Positions 14,401 through 31,300 of a stretch of 64,000 bases of DNA are shown one piece after another. Within the stretch, counting starts at the first letter, position 1, and each line of letters starts with the position of its first letter. This DNA comes from the human T2T-CHM13v2.0 reference genome, Homo sapiens, in assembly GCF_009914755.1 (NCBI RefSeq), contig NC_060937.1; one strand, 5' to 3'. Under the pieces are notes generated by a model. That model saw only the letters and a program-made list of their open reading frames with translations, had not been told where the DNA came from and ran no database searches. The position numbers were made by a program, and so were the translations under genes.

Positions 14401-17400
14401 AAATATATATTCTATAGTGTACATTAAATATCAAAGTACCCAAGCTATACATTATATACTGTACATAAAATATGAAATTACATCAAATATATATTATATT
14501 AGGTACATAAAATATGAAAGTACATCAAATATATATTATATACTGTACATAAAATACCAAAGTACCCCAAATTCATATTATATACTGTACATGAAATATC
14601 AAAGTTCACAAACTATATATTATATACTGTACATAAAATATCAAAGTACCCAAGGTATATATTCTATACTGTACAAAAAATATCAAAGTACCCAAAGCAT
14701 GTATTATATACTGTACATAAAATATGAAAGTACATCAAATATATATTTTATTCTGTACATAAAATATCAAAGTACACCAAATATATATTCTATAGTGTAC
14801 ATAAAATATCAAAGTACCCAAACTATACATTATATACTGTACATGAAATATGAAATTACATCAAATATATATTATATTAGGTACATAAAATATGAAAGTA
14901 CATCAAATATAAATTATATACTGTACATAAAATACCAAAGTACCCCAAATATATATTACATACTGTACATGAAATAGCAAAGTTCACAAACTATATATTT
15001 TATACTGTACATAAAATATCAAAGTACCAAAGGTATATATTCTATACTGTACAAAAAATATAAAAGTACCCAAAACATGTATCATATACTGTACATAAAA
15101 TATGAAAGTACATCAAATATATATTTTATTCTGTACATAAAATATCAAAGTACACCAAATATATATTCTATAGTGTACATAAAATATCAAAGTACCCAAA
15201 CTATACATTTTATACTGTACATAAAATATGAAATTATATCAAATATATATTACATTAGGTACATAAAATATGAAAGTACATCAAATATAGATTATATACT
15301 GTACATAAAATATCAAAGTACCCCAAATATATATTATATACTGTACATGAAATATCAAAGTTCACAAACTATATATTATATACTGTACATAAAATATCAA
15401 AGTACCCAAGGTATATATTCTGTACTGTACAAAAAATATCAAAGTACCCAAAGCATGTATTATATACTGTACATAAAATATGAAAGTACATCAAATAAAT
15501 GTTTTATTCTGTACATAAAATATCAAAGTACACCAAATATATATTCTACAGTGTACATAAAATATCAAAGTACCCAAACTATACATTATAAACTGTACAT
15601 AAAATATGAAATTACATCAATATATACTATATTATGTACATAAAATATGAAAGTACATCAAATATAGATTATATACTGTACATAAAATACCAAAGTACAC
15701 CAAATATATATTTTATACTGTACATGCAATATCAAAGTTCACAAACTATATATTATATACTGTACATAAAATATCAAAGTACCGAAGCTATATATTCTAT
15801 ACTGTACAAAAAATATCAAAGTACCCAAAGCATGTATTATATACTGTACATAAAATATGAAAGTACATCAAATATATATTTTATTCTGTACATAAAATAT
15901 CAAAGTACACCAAATATATATTCTATAGTGTACATAAAATATCAAAGTACCCAAACTATACATTATATACTGTACATAAAATATGAAATTACATCAAATA
16001 TATATTATATTAGGTACATAAAATATCAAAGTACATCAAATATAGATTATATACTGTACATAAAATACCAAAGTACCCCAAATACATATTATATACTGTA
16101 CATTAAATATCAAAGTTCACAAACTATATATTATATACTGTACATAAAATACCAAAGTACCCAAGGTATATATTCTATACTGTGCAAAAAATATCAAAGT
16201 ACCCAAAGCAAGTATTATATACTGTACATAAAATATGAAAGTATATCAAATATATATTTTATTCTGTACATAAAATATCAAAGTACACCAAATATATATT
16301 CTATAGTGTACATAAAATATCAAAATACCCAAACTATACATTATATACTGTACATAAAATATGAAATTACATCAAATATATATTATATTAGGTACATAAA
16401 ATATGAAAGTACATCAAATATAAATTATATACTGTACATAAAATACCAAAGTACCCCAAATATATATTATATACTGTACATGCAATATCAAAGTTCACAA
16501 ACTATATATCATATACTGTACATAAAATATCAAAGTACCGAAGGTATATATTCTATACTGTACAAAAAATATCAAAGTACCCAAAGCATGTATTATATAC
16601 TGTACATAAAATATGAAAGTACATCAAATATATATTTTATTCTGTACATAAAATATCAAAGTACACCAAATATATATTCTATAGTGTACATAAAATATCA
16701 AAGTACCCAAACTATACATTATATACTGTACATAAAATATGAAATTACATCAAATATATATTACCTTAGGTACATAAAATATGAAAGTACATCAAATATA
16801 GATTATATACTGTACATAAAATATCAAAGTATCCCAAATATATATTATATACTGTACATGAAATATCAAAGTTCACAAACTATATGTTATATACTGTACA
16901 TGAAATATGAAAGTACCCAATGTATATATTCTATATTGTACAAAAAATATCAAAGTACCCAAAGCATGTATTATATACTGAACATAAAATATGAAAGTAC
17001 ATCAAATATATATTTTATTCTGTACATAAAATATCAAAGTACACTAAATATATATTCTATAGTGTACATAAAATATCAAATTACGCAAACTATACATTAT
17101 ATACTGTACATAAAATATGAAATTACATCAAATATATATTATATTAGGTACATAAAATATGAAAGTACATCAAATATAGATTATATACTGTACATAAAAT
17201 ACCAAAGTACCGCAAATATATATTATATACTGTACATGAAATATCAAAGTTCACAAACTATATATTATATACTGTACATAAAATATCAAAGTACCCAAGG
17301 TATATATTCTATACTCTACAAAAAATATCAAAGTACCCAAAGCGTGTATTATATACGGTACATAAAATATGAATGTACATCAAATATATATTTTATTCTG

Positions 17401-19349
17401 TACATAAAATATCAAAGTACACTAAATATATATTCTATAGTGTACATAAAATATCAAAGTACCCAAACTATACATTATATACTGTACATAAAATGTGAAA
17501 TTACATCAAATATATATTATATTAGGTACATAAAATATGAAAGTACATCAAATATAGATTATATACTGTACATAAAATACCAAAGTACCCCAAATACATA
17601 TTATATACTGTACATGAAATATCAAAGTTCACAAACTATATATTATATACTGTACATAAAATATCAAAGTACCCAAGGTATATATTCTATACTGTGCAAA
17701 AAATATCAAAGTACCCAAAGCATGTATTATATACTGTACATAAAATATGAAAGTACATCAAATATATATTTTATTCTGTACATAAAATATCAAAGTACAC
17801 TAAATATATATTCTATAGTGTACATAAAATATCAAAGTACCCAAACTATACATTATATACTGTACATAAAATGTGAAATTACATCAAATATATATTATAT
17901 TAGGTACATAAAATATGAAAGTACATCAAATATAGAGTATATACTGTACATAAAATACCAAAGTACCCCAAATACATATTATATACTGTACATGAAATAT
18001 CAAAGTTCACAAACTATATATTATATACAGTACATAAAATATCAAAGTACCCAAGGTATATATTCTATACTGTACAAAAAATATCAAAGTACCCCAAGCA
18101 AGTATTATATACTGTACATAAAATATGAAAGTACATCAAATATATATTTTATTCTGTCCATAAAGTATCAAAGTACACCAAATATATATTCTATAGTGTA
18201 CATAAAATATCAAAGTACCCAAACTATACATTATATACTGTACATAAAATATGAAATTACATCAAATATATATTATATTAGGTACTTAAAATATGAAAGT
18301 ACATCAAATATAAATTATATACTGTACATAAAATACCAAAGTACCCCAAATATATATTATATACTGTACATGCAATATCAAAGTTCACAAACTATTTATC
18401 ATATACTGTACATAAAATATCAAAGTACCGAAGGTATATATTCTATAGTGTACAAAAAATATGAAAGTACGCAAAGTATGTATTATACACTGTACATAAA
18501 ATATGAAAGTACATCAAATATATATTTTATTCTGTACATAAAATATCAAAGTACACCAAATATATATTCTATAGTGTACATAAAATATCAAAGTACCCAA
18601 ACTATACATTATATACAGTACATAAAATATGAAATTACATCAAATATATATTATAATAGGTACATAAAATATGAAAGTACATCAAATATAAATTATATAC
18701 TGTACATAAAATACCACAGAACCCCAAATATATATTATATACTGTACATGAAATATCAAAGTTCACAAACTATATATTATATACTGTATATAAAATATCA
18801 AAGTACCCAAGGTATATATTCTATACTGTACAAAAAATATCAAAGTACCCAAAGCATGTATTATATACTGTTCATAAAATATGAAAGTACATCAAATATA
18901 TATTTTATTCTGTACATAAAATATCAAAGTACAGCAAATATATATTCTATAGTGTACATTAAATATCAAAGTACCCAAACTATACATTATATACTGTACA
19001 TAAAATATGAAATTACATCAAATATATATTATATTAGGTACATAAAATATGAAAGTACATCAAATATAGATTATATACTGTACATAAAATACCAAAGTAC
19101 CCCAAGTACATATTATATACTGTACATGAAATATCAAACTTCACAAACTATATATTATATACTGTACATAAAATATCAAAGTACCCAAGGTATATATTCT
19201 ATACTGTACAAAAAATATCAAAGTACCCAAAGCAAGTATTATATACTGTACATAAAATATTAAAGTACATCAAATATATATTTTATTCTGTACATAAAGT
19301 ATCAAAGTACACCAAATATATATTCTATAGTGTACATAAAATATCAAAG

Positions 19350-22300
19350 TACCCAAACTATACATTATATACTGTACATAAAATATGAAATTACATCAAA
19401 TATATATTATATTAGGTACTTAAAATATGAAAGTACATCAAATATAAATTATATACTGTACATAAAATACCAAAGTACCCCAAATATATATTATATACTG
19501 TACATGCAATATCAAAGTTCACAAACTATATATCATATACTGTACATAAAATAGCAAAGTACCGAAAGTATATATTCTATAGTGTACAAAAAATATGAAA
19601 GTACGCAAAGCATGTATTATATACTGTACATAAAATATTAAAGTACATCAAATATATATTTTATTCTGTACATAAAACATCAAAGTACACCAAATATATA
19701 TTCTATAGTGTACATAAAATATCAAAGTACCAAACTATACGTTATATACAGTACATAAAATATGAAATTACATCAAATATATATTATAATAGGTACATAA
19801 AATATGAAAGTACATCAAATATACATTATATACTGTACATAAAATACCAAAGAACCCCAAATATATATTATATACTGTACATGAAATATCAAAGTTCACA
19901 AACTATATATTATATACTGTATATAAAATATCAAAGTACCCAAGGTATATATTCTATACTGTACAAAAAATATCAAAGTACCCAAAGCATGTATTATATA
20001 CTGTTCATAAAATATGAAAGTACATAAAATATATATTTTATTCTGTACATAAAATATCAAAGTACACCAAATATATATTCTATAGTGTACATAAAATATC
20101 AAACTACCCAAACTATACATTATATACTGTACATAAAATATGAAATTACATCAAATATATATTATATTAGGTACATAAAATATGAAAGTACATCAAATAT
20201 AGATTATATACTGTACATAAAATACCAAAGTACCCCAAATACATATTATATACTGTACATTAAATATCAAAGTTCACAAACTATATATTATATACTGTAC
20301 ATAAAATATCAAAGTACCCAAGGTATATATTCTATACTGTGCAAAAAATATCAAAGTACCCAAAGCAAGTATTATATACTGTACATAAAATATGAAAGTA
20401 CATCAAATATATATTTTATTCTGTACATAATATATCAAAGTACACCAAATATATATTCTATAGTGTACATAAAATATCAAAGTACCCAAACTATACATTA
20501 TATACTGTACATAAAATATGAAATTACATCAAATATATATTTCTTTAGGTACATAAAATATGAAAGTACATCAAATATAGATTATATACTGTACATAAAA
20601 TATCAAAGTACCCCAAATATATATTATATACTGTACATGAAATATCAAAGTTCACAAACTATATATTATATACTGTACATAAAATATCAAAGTACCCAAG
20701 GTATATATTCTATACTGCACAAAAAATATCAAAGTACCCAAAGCATGTATTATATACTGTACATAAAATATGAAAGTACATCAAATAAATATTTTATTCT
20801 GTACATAAAATATCAAAGTACACCAAATATATATTCTATAGTGTACATAAAATATCAAATTACCCAAACTATACATTATAAACTGTACATAAAATATGAA
20901 ATTATATCAAATATATACTATATTATGTACATAAAATATGAAAGTACATCAAATATAGATTATATACTGTACATGAAATACCAAAGTACCCCAAATAAAT
21001 ATTTTATACTGTACATGCAATATCAAAGTTCACAAACTATATATTATATACTGTACATAAAATATCAAAGTACCGAAGGTATATATTCTATACTGTACAA
21101 AAAATATCAAAGTACCCAAAGCATGTATTATATACTGTACATAAAATAAGAAAGTACATCAAATATATATTTTATTCTGTACATAAAATATCAAAGTACA
21201 CCAAATATATATTCTATAGTGTACATAAAATATCAAAGTACCCAAACTATATATTATATACTGTACATAAAATATGAAATTACATCAAATATATATTATA
21301 TTAGGTACATTAAATATGAAAGTACATCAAATATAAATTATATACAGTACATAAAATACCAAAGTACCCCAAATATATATTATATACTGTACATGCAATA
21401 TCAAAGTTCACAAACTATATATCATATACTGTACATAAAATATCAAAGTACCGAAGGTATATATTCTATACTGTACAAAAAATATCAAAGTACGCAAAGC
21501 ATGTATTATATACTGTACATAAAATATGAAAGTACATCAAATATATATTTTATTCTGTACATAAAATATCAAAGTACACCAAATATATATTCTATAGTGT
21601 ACATAAAATATCAAAGTACCCAAACTATACATTACATACTGTACATAAAATATGAAACTACATCAAATATATATTATAATAGGTACATAAAATATGAAAG
21701 TACATCAAATATAAATTATATACTGTACATAAAATACCAAAGAACACCAAATATATATTATATACTGTACATGAAATATCAAAGTTCACAAACTATATAT
21801 TATATACTGTATATAAAATATCAAAGTACCCAAGGTATATATTCTGTACTCTATAAAAAATATCAAAGTACCCAAAGCATGTATTATATACTGTTCATAA
21901 AATATGAAAGTACATCAAATATATATTTTATTCTGTACATAAAATATCAAAGTACACCAAATATATATTCTATAGTGTACATTAAATATCAAAGTACCCA
22001 AACTATACATTATATACTGTACATAAAATATGAAATTACATCAAATATATATTACATTAGGTACATAAAATATGAAAGTACATCAAATATAGATTATATA
22101 CTGTACATAAAATACCAAAGTACCCCAAATACATATTATATACTGTACATGCAATATCAAAGTTCACAAACTATATATTATATACTGTACATAAAATATC
22201 AAAGCACCCAAGGTATATATTCTATACTGTACAAAAAATATAAAAGTACCCAAAACATGTATTATATACTGTACATAAAATATGAAAGTACATCAAATAT

Positions 22301-25300
22301 ATATTTTATTCTGTACATAAAATATCAAAGTACACCAAATATATATTCTATAGTGTACATAAAATATCAAAGTACCCAAACTATACATTATATACTGTAC
22401 ATAAAATATGAAATTACATCAAATATATATTATAATAGGTACATAAAATATGAAAGTACATCAAATATAAATTATGTACTGTACATAAAATACCAAAGAA
22501 CCCCAAATATATATTATATACTGTACATGAAATATCAAAGTTCACAAACTATATATTATATACTGTATATAAAATATCAAAGTACCCAAGGTATATATTC
22601 TATACTGTACAAAAAATATCAAAGTACCCAAAGCATGTATTATATACTGTTCATAAAATATGAAAGTACATCAAATATATATTTTATTCTGTACATAAAA
22701 TATCAAAGTACACCAAATATATATTCTATAGTGTACATTAAATATCAAAGTACCCAAACTATACATTGTATACTGTACATAAAATATGAAATTACATCAA
22801 ATATATATTATATTAGGTACATAAAGTATGAAAGTACATCAAATATAGATTATATACTGTACATAAAATACCAAAGTACCCCAAATACATATTATATACT
22901 GTACATGAAATATCAAAGTTCACAAACTATATATTATATACTGTACATAAAATATCAAAGTACCGAAGGTATATATTCTATACTGTACAAAAAATATCAA
23001 AGTACCCAAAGCATGTATTATATACTGTACATAAAATATGAAAGTACATCAAATATATATTTTATTTTGTACATAAAATATCAGTATACCAAATATATAT
23101 TCTATAGTGTACTTAAAATATCAAAGTACCCAAACTGTACACTACATACTGTACATAAAATATGAAATTACATCAAATATATATTATATTAGGTACATAA
23201 AATATGAAAGTACATCAACTATAAATTATATACTGTACATAAAATACCAAAGTACCCCAAATATATATTATATACTGTACATAAAATATCAAAGTACCGA
23301 AAGTATATATTCTATACTGTACAAAAAATATCAAAGTACCCAAAGCATGTATTATATACTGTACATAAATTATGAAAGTACATCAAATATATATTTTATT
23401 CTGTACATAAAATATCAAAGTACACCAAATATATATTCTATAGTGTACATTAAATATCAAAGTACCCAAACTATACATTATATACTGTACATAAAATATG
23501 AAATTACATCAAATATATATTATATTAGGTACATAAAATATGAAAGTACATCAAATATATATTATATACTCTACATAAAATACCAAAGTACCCCAAATAC
23601 ATATTATATACTGTACATGCAATATCAAAGTTCACACACTATATATTATATACTGTACATAAAATATCAAAGTACCGAAGCTATATATTCTATACTGTAC
23701 AAAAAATATCAAAGTACCCAAAGCATGTATTATATACTGTACATAAAATATGAAAGTACATCAAATATATATTTAATTCTGTACATAAAATATCAAAGTA
23801 CACCAAATATATATTCTATAGTGTACATAAAATAAGAAAGTACCCAAACTATACATTATATACTGTACATAAAATATGAAATTATATCAAATATATATTA
23901 CATTAGGTAAATAAAATATGAAAGTACATCAAATATAGATTATATACTGTACATAAAATACCAAAGTACCCCAAATACATATTATATACTGTACATGCAA
24001 TATCAAAGTTCACAAACTATATATTATATACTGTACATAAAATATCAAAGCACCCAAGGTATATATTCTATACTGTACAAAAAATATAAAAGTACCCAAA
24101 ACATGTATTATATACTGTACATAAAATATGAAAGTACATCAAATATATATTTTATTCTGTACATAAAATATCAAAGTACACCAAATATATATTCTATAGT
24201 GTACATAAAATATCAAAGTACCCAAACTATACATTATATACTGTACATAAAATATGAAATTACATCAAATATATATTATAATAGGTACATAAAATATGAA
24301 AGTACATCAAATATAAATTATGTACTGTACATAAAATACCAAAGAACCCCAAATATATATTATATACTGTACATGAAATATCAAAGTTCACAAACTATAT
24401 ATTATATACTGTATATAAAATATCAAAGTACCCAAGGTATATATTCTATACTGTACAAAAAATATCAAAGTACCCAAAGCATGTATTATATACTGTACAT
24501 AAAATATGAAAGTACATCAAATATATATTTTATTTTGTACATAAAATATCAGTATACCAAATATATATTCTATAGTGTACTTAAAATATCAAAGTACCCA
24601 AACTGTACACTACATACTGTACATAAAATATGAAATTACATCAAATATATATTATATTAGGTACATAAAATATGAAAGTACATCAACTATAATTTATATA
24701 CTGTACATAAAATACCAAAGTACCCCAAATATATATTATATACTGTACATAAAATATCAAAGTACTGAAAGTATATAGTCTATACTGTACAAAAAATATC
24801 AAAGTACCCAAAGCATGTATTATATACTGTACATAAATTATGAAAGTACATCAAATATATATTTTATTCTGTACATAAAATATCAAAGTACACCAAATAT
24901 ATACTCTATAGTGTACATAAAATATCAAAGTACCCAAACTATACATTATATACTGTACATAAAATATGAAATTACATCAAATATATATTATAATAGGTAC
25001 ATAAAATATGAAAGTACATCAAATATAAATTATATACTGTACATAAAATACCAAAGAACCCCAAATATATATTATATACTGTACATGAAATATCAAAGTT
25101 CACAAACTATATATTATATACTGTATATAAAATATCAAAGTACCCAAGGTATATATTCTATACTGTACAAAAAATATCAAAGTACCCAAAGCATGTATTA
25201 TATACTGTTCATAAAATATGAAAGTATATCAAATATATATTTTATTCTGTACATAAAATATCAAAGTACGCCAAATATATATTCTATAGTGTACATTAAA

Positions 25301-28300
25301 TATCAATGTATCCAAACTATACATTATATACTGTACATAATATATGAAATTACATCAAATATATATTATATTAGGTACATAAAATATGAAAGTACATCAA
25401 ATATAGATTATATACTCTACATAAAATACCAAAGTACCCCAAATACATATTATATACTGTACATGAAATATCAAAGTTCACAAACTATATATTATATACT
25501 GTACATAAAATATCAAAGTACCAAAAGTATATATTCTATACTGTACAAAAAATATCAAAGTACCCAAAGCATGTATTATATACTGTACATAAAATATGAA
25601 TGTACATCAAATATATATTTAATTCTGTACATAAAATATCAAAGTACACCAAATATATATTCTATAGTGTACATAAAATATCAAAGTACCCAAACTATAC
25701 ATTATATACTGTACATAAAATATGAAATTACATCAAATATATATTACATTAGGTACATAAAATATGAAAGTACATCAAATATAGATTATATACTGTACAT
25801 AAAATACCAAAGTACCCCAAATACATATTATATACTGTACATGCAATATCAAAGTTCACAAACTATATATTATATACTGTAAATAAAATATCAAAGTACC
25901 CAAGGTATATATTCTATACTCTACAAAAAATATCAAACTACGCAAAGCATGTATTATATACTGTACATAAAATATGAAAGTACATCAAATATATATTTTA
26001 TTCTGTACATAATATATCAAAGTACACCAAATATATATTCTATAGTGTACATAAAATATCAAAGTACCCAAACTATACATTATATCCTGTACATAAAATA
26101 TGAAATTACATCAAATATATATTATAATAGGTACATAAAATATGAAAGTACATCAAATATAAATTATATACTGTACATAAAATACCAAAGAACCCCAAAT
26201 ATATATTATATACTGTACATGAAATATCAAAGTTCACAAACTATATATTATATACTGTATATAAAATATCAAAGTACCCAAGGTATATATTCTATACTGT
26301 ACAAAAAATATCAAAGTACCCAAAGCATGTTTTATATACTGTTCATAAAATATGAAAGTACATCAAATATATATTTTATTCTGTACATAAAATATCAAAG
26401 TACACCAAATATATATTCTATAGTGTACATTAAATATCAAAGTACCCAAACTATACATTATATACTGTACATAAAATATGAAATTACATCAAATATATAT
26501 TATATTAGGTACATAAAATATGAAAGTACATCAAATATAGATTATATACTGTACATAAAATACCAAAGTACCCCAAATACATATTATATACTGTACATGA
26601 AATATCAAAGTTCACAAACTATATATTATATACTGTACATAAAATATCAAAGTACCAAAAGTATATATTCTATACTGTACAAAAAATATCAAAGTACCCA
26701 AAGCATGTATTATATACTGTACATAAAATATGAAAATACATCAAATATATATTTTATTCTGTACATAAAATATCAAAGTACACCAAATATATATTCTATA
26801 GTGTACATAAAATATCAAAGTACCCCAAATATACATTATATACTGTACATAAAATATGATATTACATCAAATATATATTATATTAGGTACATAAAATATG
26901 AAAGTGCATCAAATATATATTATATACTCTACATAAAATACCAAAGTACCCCAAATACATATTATATACTGTACATGCAATATCAAAGTTCACACACTAT
27001 ATATTATATACTGTACATAAAATATCAAAGTACCGAAGCTATATATTCTATACTGTACAAAAAATATCAAAGTACCCAAAGCATGTATTATATACTGTAC
27101 ATAAAATATGAAAGTACATCAAATATATATTTAATTCTGTACATAAAATATCAAAGTACACCAAATATATATTCTATAGTGTACATAAAATATCAAATTA
27201 CCCAAACTATACATTATATACTGTACATAAAACATGAAATTACATCAAATATATATTATATTAGGTACATAAAATATGAAGGTACATCAAATATAGATTA
27301 TATACTGTACATAAAATACCAAAGTACCCCAAATATATATTATATACTGTACATGAAATATCAAAGTTCACAAACTATATTTTATATACTGTATATAAAA
27401 TATCAAAGTACCCAAGGTATATATTCTATACTGTACAAAAAATATCAAAGTACCCAAAGCATGTATTATATACTGTTCATAAAATATGAAAGTACATCAA
27501 ATATATATTTTATTCTGTACATAAAATATCAAAGTACACCAAATATATATTCTATAGTGTACATTAAATATCAAAGTACCCAAACTATACATTATATACT
27601 GTACATAAAATATGAAATTACATCAAATATATATTATATTAGGTACATAAAATATGAAAGTACATCAAATATAGATTATATACTGTACATAAAATACCAA
27701 AGTACCCCAAGTACATATTATATACTGTACATGAAATATCAAAGTTCACAAACTATATATTATATACTGTACATAAAATATCAAAGTACCCAAGGTATAT
27801 ATTCTATACTGTACAAAAAATATCAAAGTACCCAAAGCAAGTATTATATACTGTACATAAAATATGAAAGTACATCAAATATATATTTTATTCTGTACAT
27901 AAAGTATCAAAGTACACCAAATATATATTCTATAGTGTACATAAAATATCAAAGTACCCAAACTATACATTATATACTGTACATAAAATATGAAATTACA
28001 TCAAATATATATTACATTAGGTACATAAAATATGAAAGTACATCAAATATAGATTATATACTGTACATAAAATACCAAAGTACCCCAAATACATATTATA
28101 TACTGTACATGCAATATCAAAGTTCACAAACTATATATTATATACTGTAAATAAAATATCAAAGTACCCAAGGTATATATTCTATACTCTACAAAAAATA
28201 TCAAACTACGCAAAGCATGTATTATATACTGTACATAAAATATGAAAGTACATCAAATATATATTTTATTCTGTACATAATATATCAAAGTACACCAAAT

Positions 28301-31300
28301 ATATATTCTATAGTGTACATAAAATATCAAAGTACCCAAACTATACATTATATCCTGTACATAAAATATGAAATTACATCAAATATATATTATAATAGGT
28401 ACATAAAATATGAAAGTACATCAAATATAAATTATATACTGTACATAAAATACCAAAGAACCCCAAATATATATTATATACTGTACATGAAATATCAAAG
28501 TTCACAAACTATATATTATATACTGTATATAAAATATCAAAGTACCCAAGGTATATATTCTATACTGTACAAAAAATATCAAAGTACCCAAAGCATGTTT
28601 TATATACTGTTCATAAAATATGAAAGTACATCAAATATATATTTTATTCTGTACATAAAATATCAAAGTACACCAAATATATATTCTATAGTGTACATTA
28701 AATATCAAAGTACCCAAACTATACATTATATACTGTACATAAAATATGAAATTACATCAAATATATATTATATTAGGTACATAAAATATGAAAGTACATC
28801 AAATATAGATTATATACTGTACATAAAATACCAAAGTACCCCAAATACATATTATATACTGTACATGAAATATCAAAGTTCACAAACTATATATTATATA
28901 CTGTACATAAAATATCAAAGTACCAAAAGTATATATTCTATACTGTACAAAAAATATCAAAGTACCCAAAGCATGTATTACATACTGTACATAAAATATG
29001 AAAGTACATCAAATATATATTTTATTCTGTACATAAAATATCAAAGTACACCAAATATATATTCTATAGTGTACATAAAATATCAAAGTACCCAAAATAT
29101 ACATTATATACTGTACATAAAATATGATATTACATCAAATATATATTATATTAGGTACATAAAATATGAAAGTGCATCAAATATATATTATATACTCTAC
29201 ATAAAATACCAAAGTACCCCAAATACATATTATATACTGTACATGCAATATCAAAGTTCACACACTATATATTATATACTGTACATAAAATATCAAAGTA
29301 CCGAAGCTATATATTCTATACTGTACAAAAAATATCAAAGTACCCAAAGCATGTATTATATACTGTACATAAAATATGAAAGTACATCAAATATATATTT
29401 AATTCTGTACATAAAATATCAAAGTACACCAAATATATATTCTATAGTGTACATAAAATATCAAATTACCCAAACTATACATTATATACTGTACATAAAA
29501 TATGAAATTACATCAAATATATATTATATTAGGTACTTAAAATATGAAAGTACATCAAATATAAATTATATACTGTACATAAAATACCAAAGTACCCCAA
29601 ATATATATTATATACTGTACATGCAATATCAAAGTTCACAAACTATATATCATATACTGTACATAAAATAGCAAAGTACCGAAAGTATATATTCTATAGT
29701 GTACAAAAAATATGAAAGTACGCAAAGCATGTATTATATACTGTACATAAAATATTAAAGTACATCAAATATATATTTTATTCTGTACATAAAACATCAA
29801 AGTACACCAAATATATATTCTATAGTGTACATAAAATATCAAAGTACCAAACTATACGTTATATACAGTACATAAAATATGAAATTACATCAAATATATA
29901 TTATAATAGGTACATAAAATATGAAAGTACATCAAATATACATTATATACTGTACATAAAATACCAAAGAACCCCAAATATATATTATATACTGTACATG
30001 AAATATCAAAGTTCACAAACTATATATTATATACTGTATATAAAATATCAAAGTACCCAAGGTATATATTCTATACTGTACAAAAAATATCAAAGTACCC
30101 AAAGCATGTATTATATACTGTTCATAAAATATGAAAGTACATAAAATATATATTTTATTCTGTACATAAAATATCAAAGTACACCAAATATATATTCTAT
30201 AGTGTACATAAAATATCAAACTACCCAAACTATACATTATATACTGTACATAAAATATGAAATTACATCAAATATATATTATATTAGGTACATAAAATAT
30301 GAAAGTACATCAAATATAGATTATATACTGTACATAAAATACCAAAGTACCCCAAATACATATTATATACTGTACATTAAATATCAAAGTTCACAAACTA
30401 TATATTATATACTGTACATAAAATATCAAAGTACCCAAGGTATATATTCTATACTGTGCAAAAAATATCAAAGTACCCAAAGCAAGTATTATATACTGTA
30501 CATAAAATATGAAAGTACATCAAATATATATTTTATTCTGTACATAATATATCAAAGTACACCAAATATATATTCTATAGTGTACATAAAATATCAAAGT
30601 ACCCAAACTATACATTATATACTGTACATAAAATATGAAATTACATCAAATATATATTTCTTTAGGTACATAAAATATGAAAGTACATCAAATATAGATT
30701 ATATACTGTACATAAAATATCAAAGTACCCCAAATATATATTATATACTGTACATGAAATATCAAAGTTCACAAACTATATATTATATACTGTACATAAA
30801 ATATCAAAGTACCCAAGGTATATATTCTATACTGCACAAAAAATATCAAAGTACCCAAAGCATGTATTATATACTGTACATAAAATATGAAAGTACATCA
30901 AATAAATATTTTATTCTGTACATAAAATATCAAAGTACACCAAATATATATTCTATAGTGTACATAAAATATCAAATTACCCAAACTATACATTATAAAC
31001 TGTACATAAAATATGAAATTATATCAAATATATACTATATTATGTACATAAAATATGAAAGTACATCAAATATAGATTATATACTGTACATGAAATACCA
31101 AAGTACCCCAAATAAATATTTTATACTGTACATGCAATATCAAAGTTCACAAACTATATATTATATACTGTACATAAAATATCAAAGTACCGAAGGTATA
31201 TATTCTATACTGTACAAAAAATATCAAAGTACCCAAAGCATGTATTATATACTGTACATAAAATAAGAAAGTACATCAAATATATATTTTATTCTGTACA

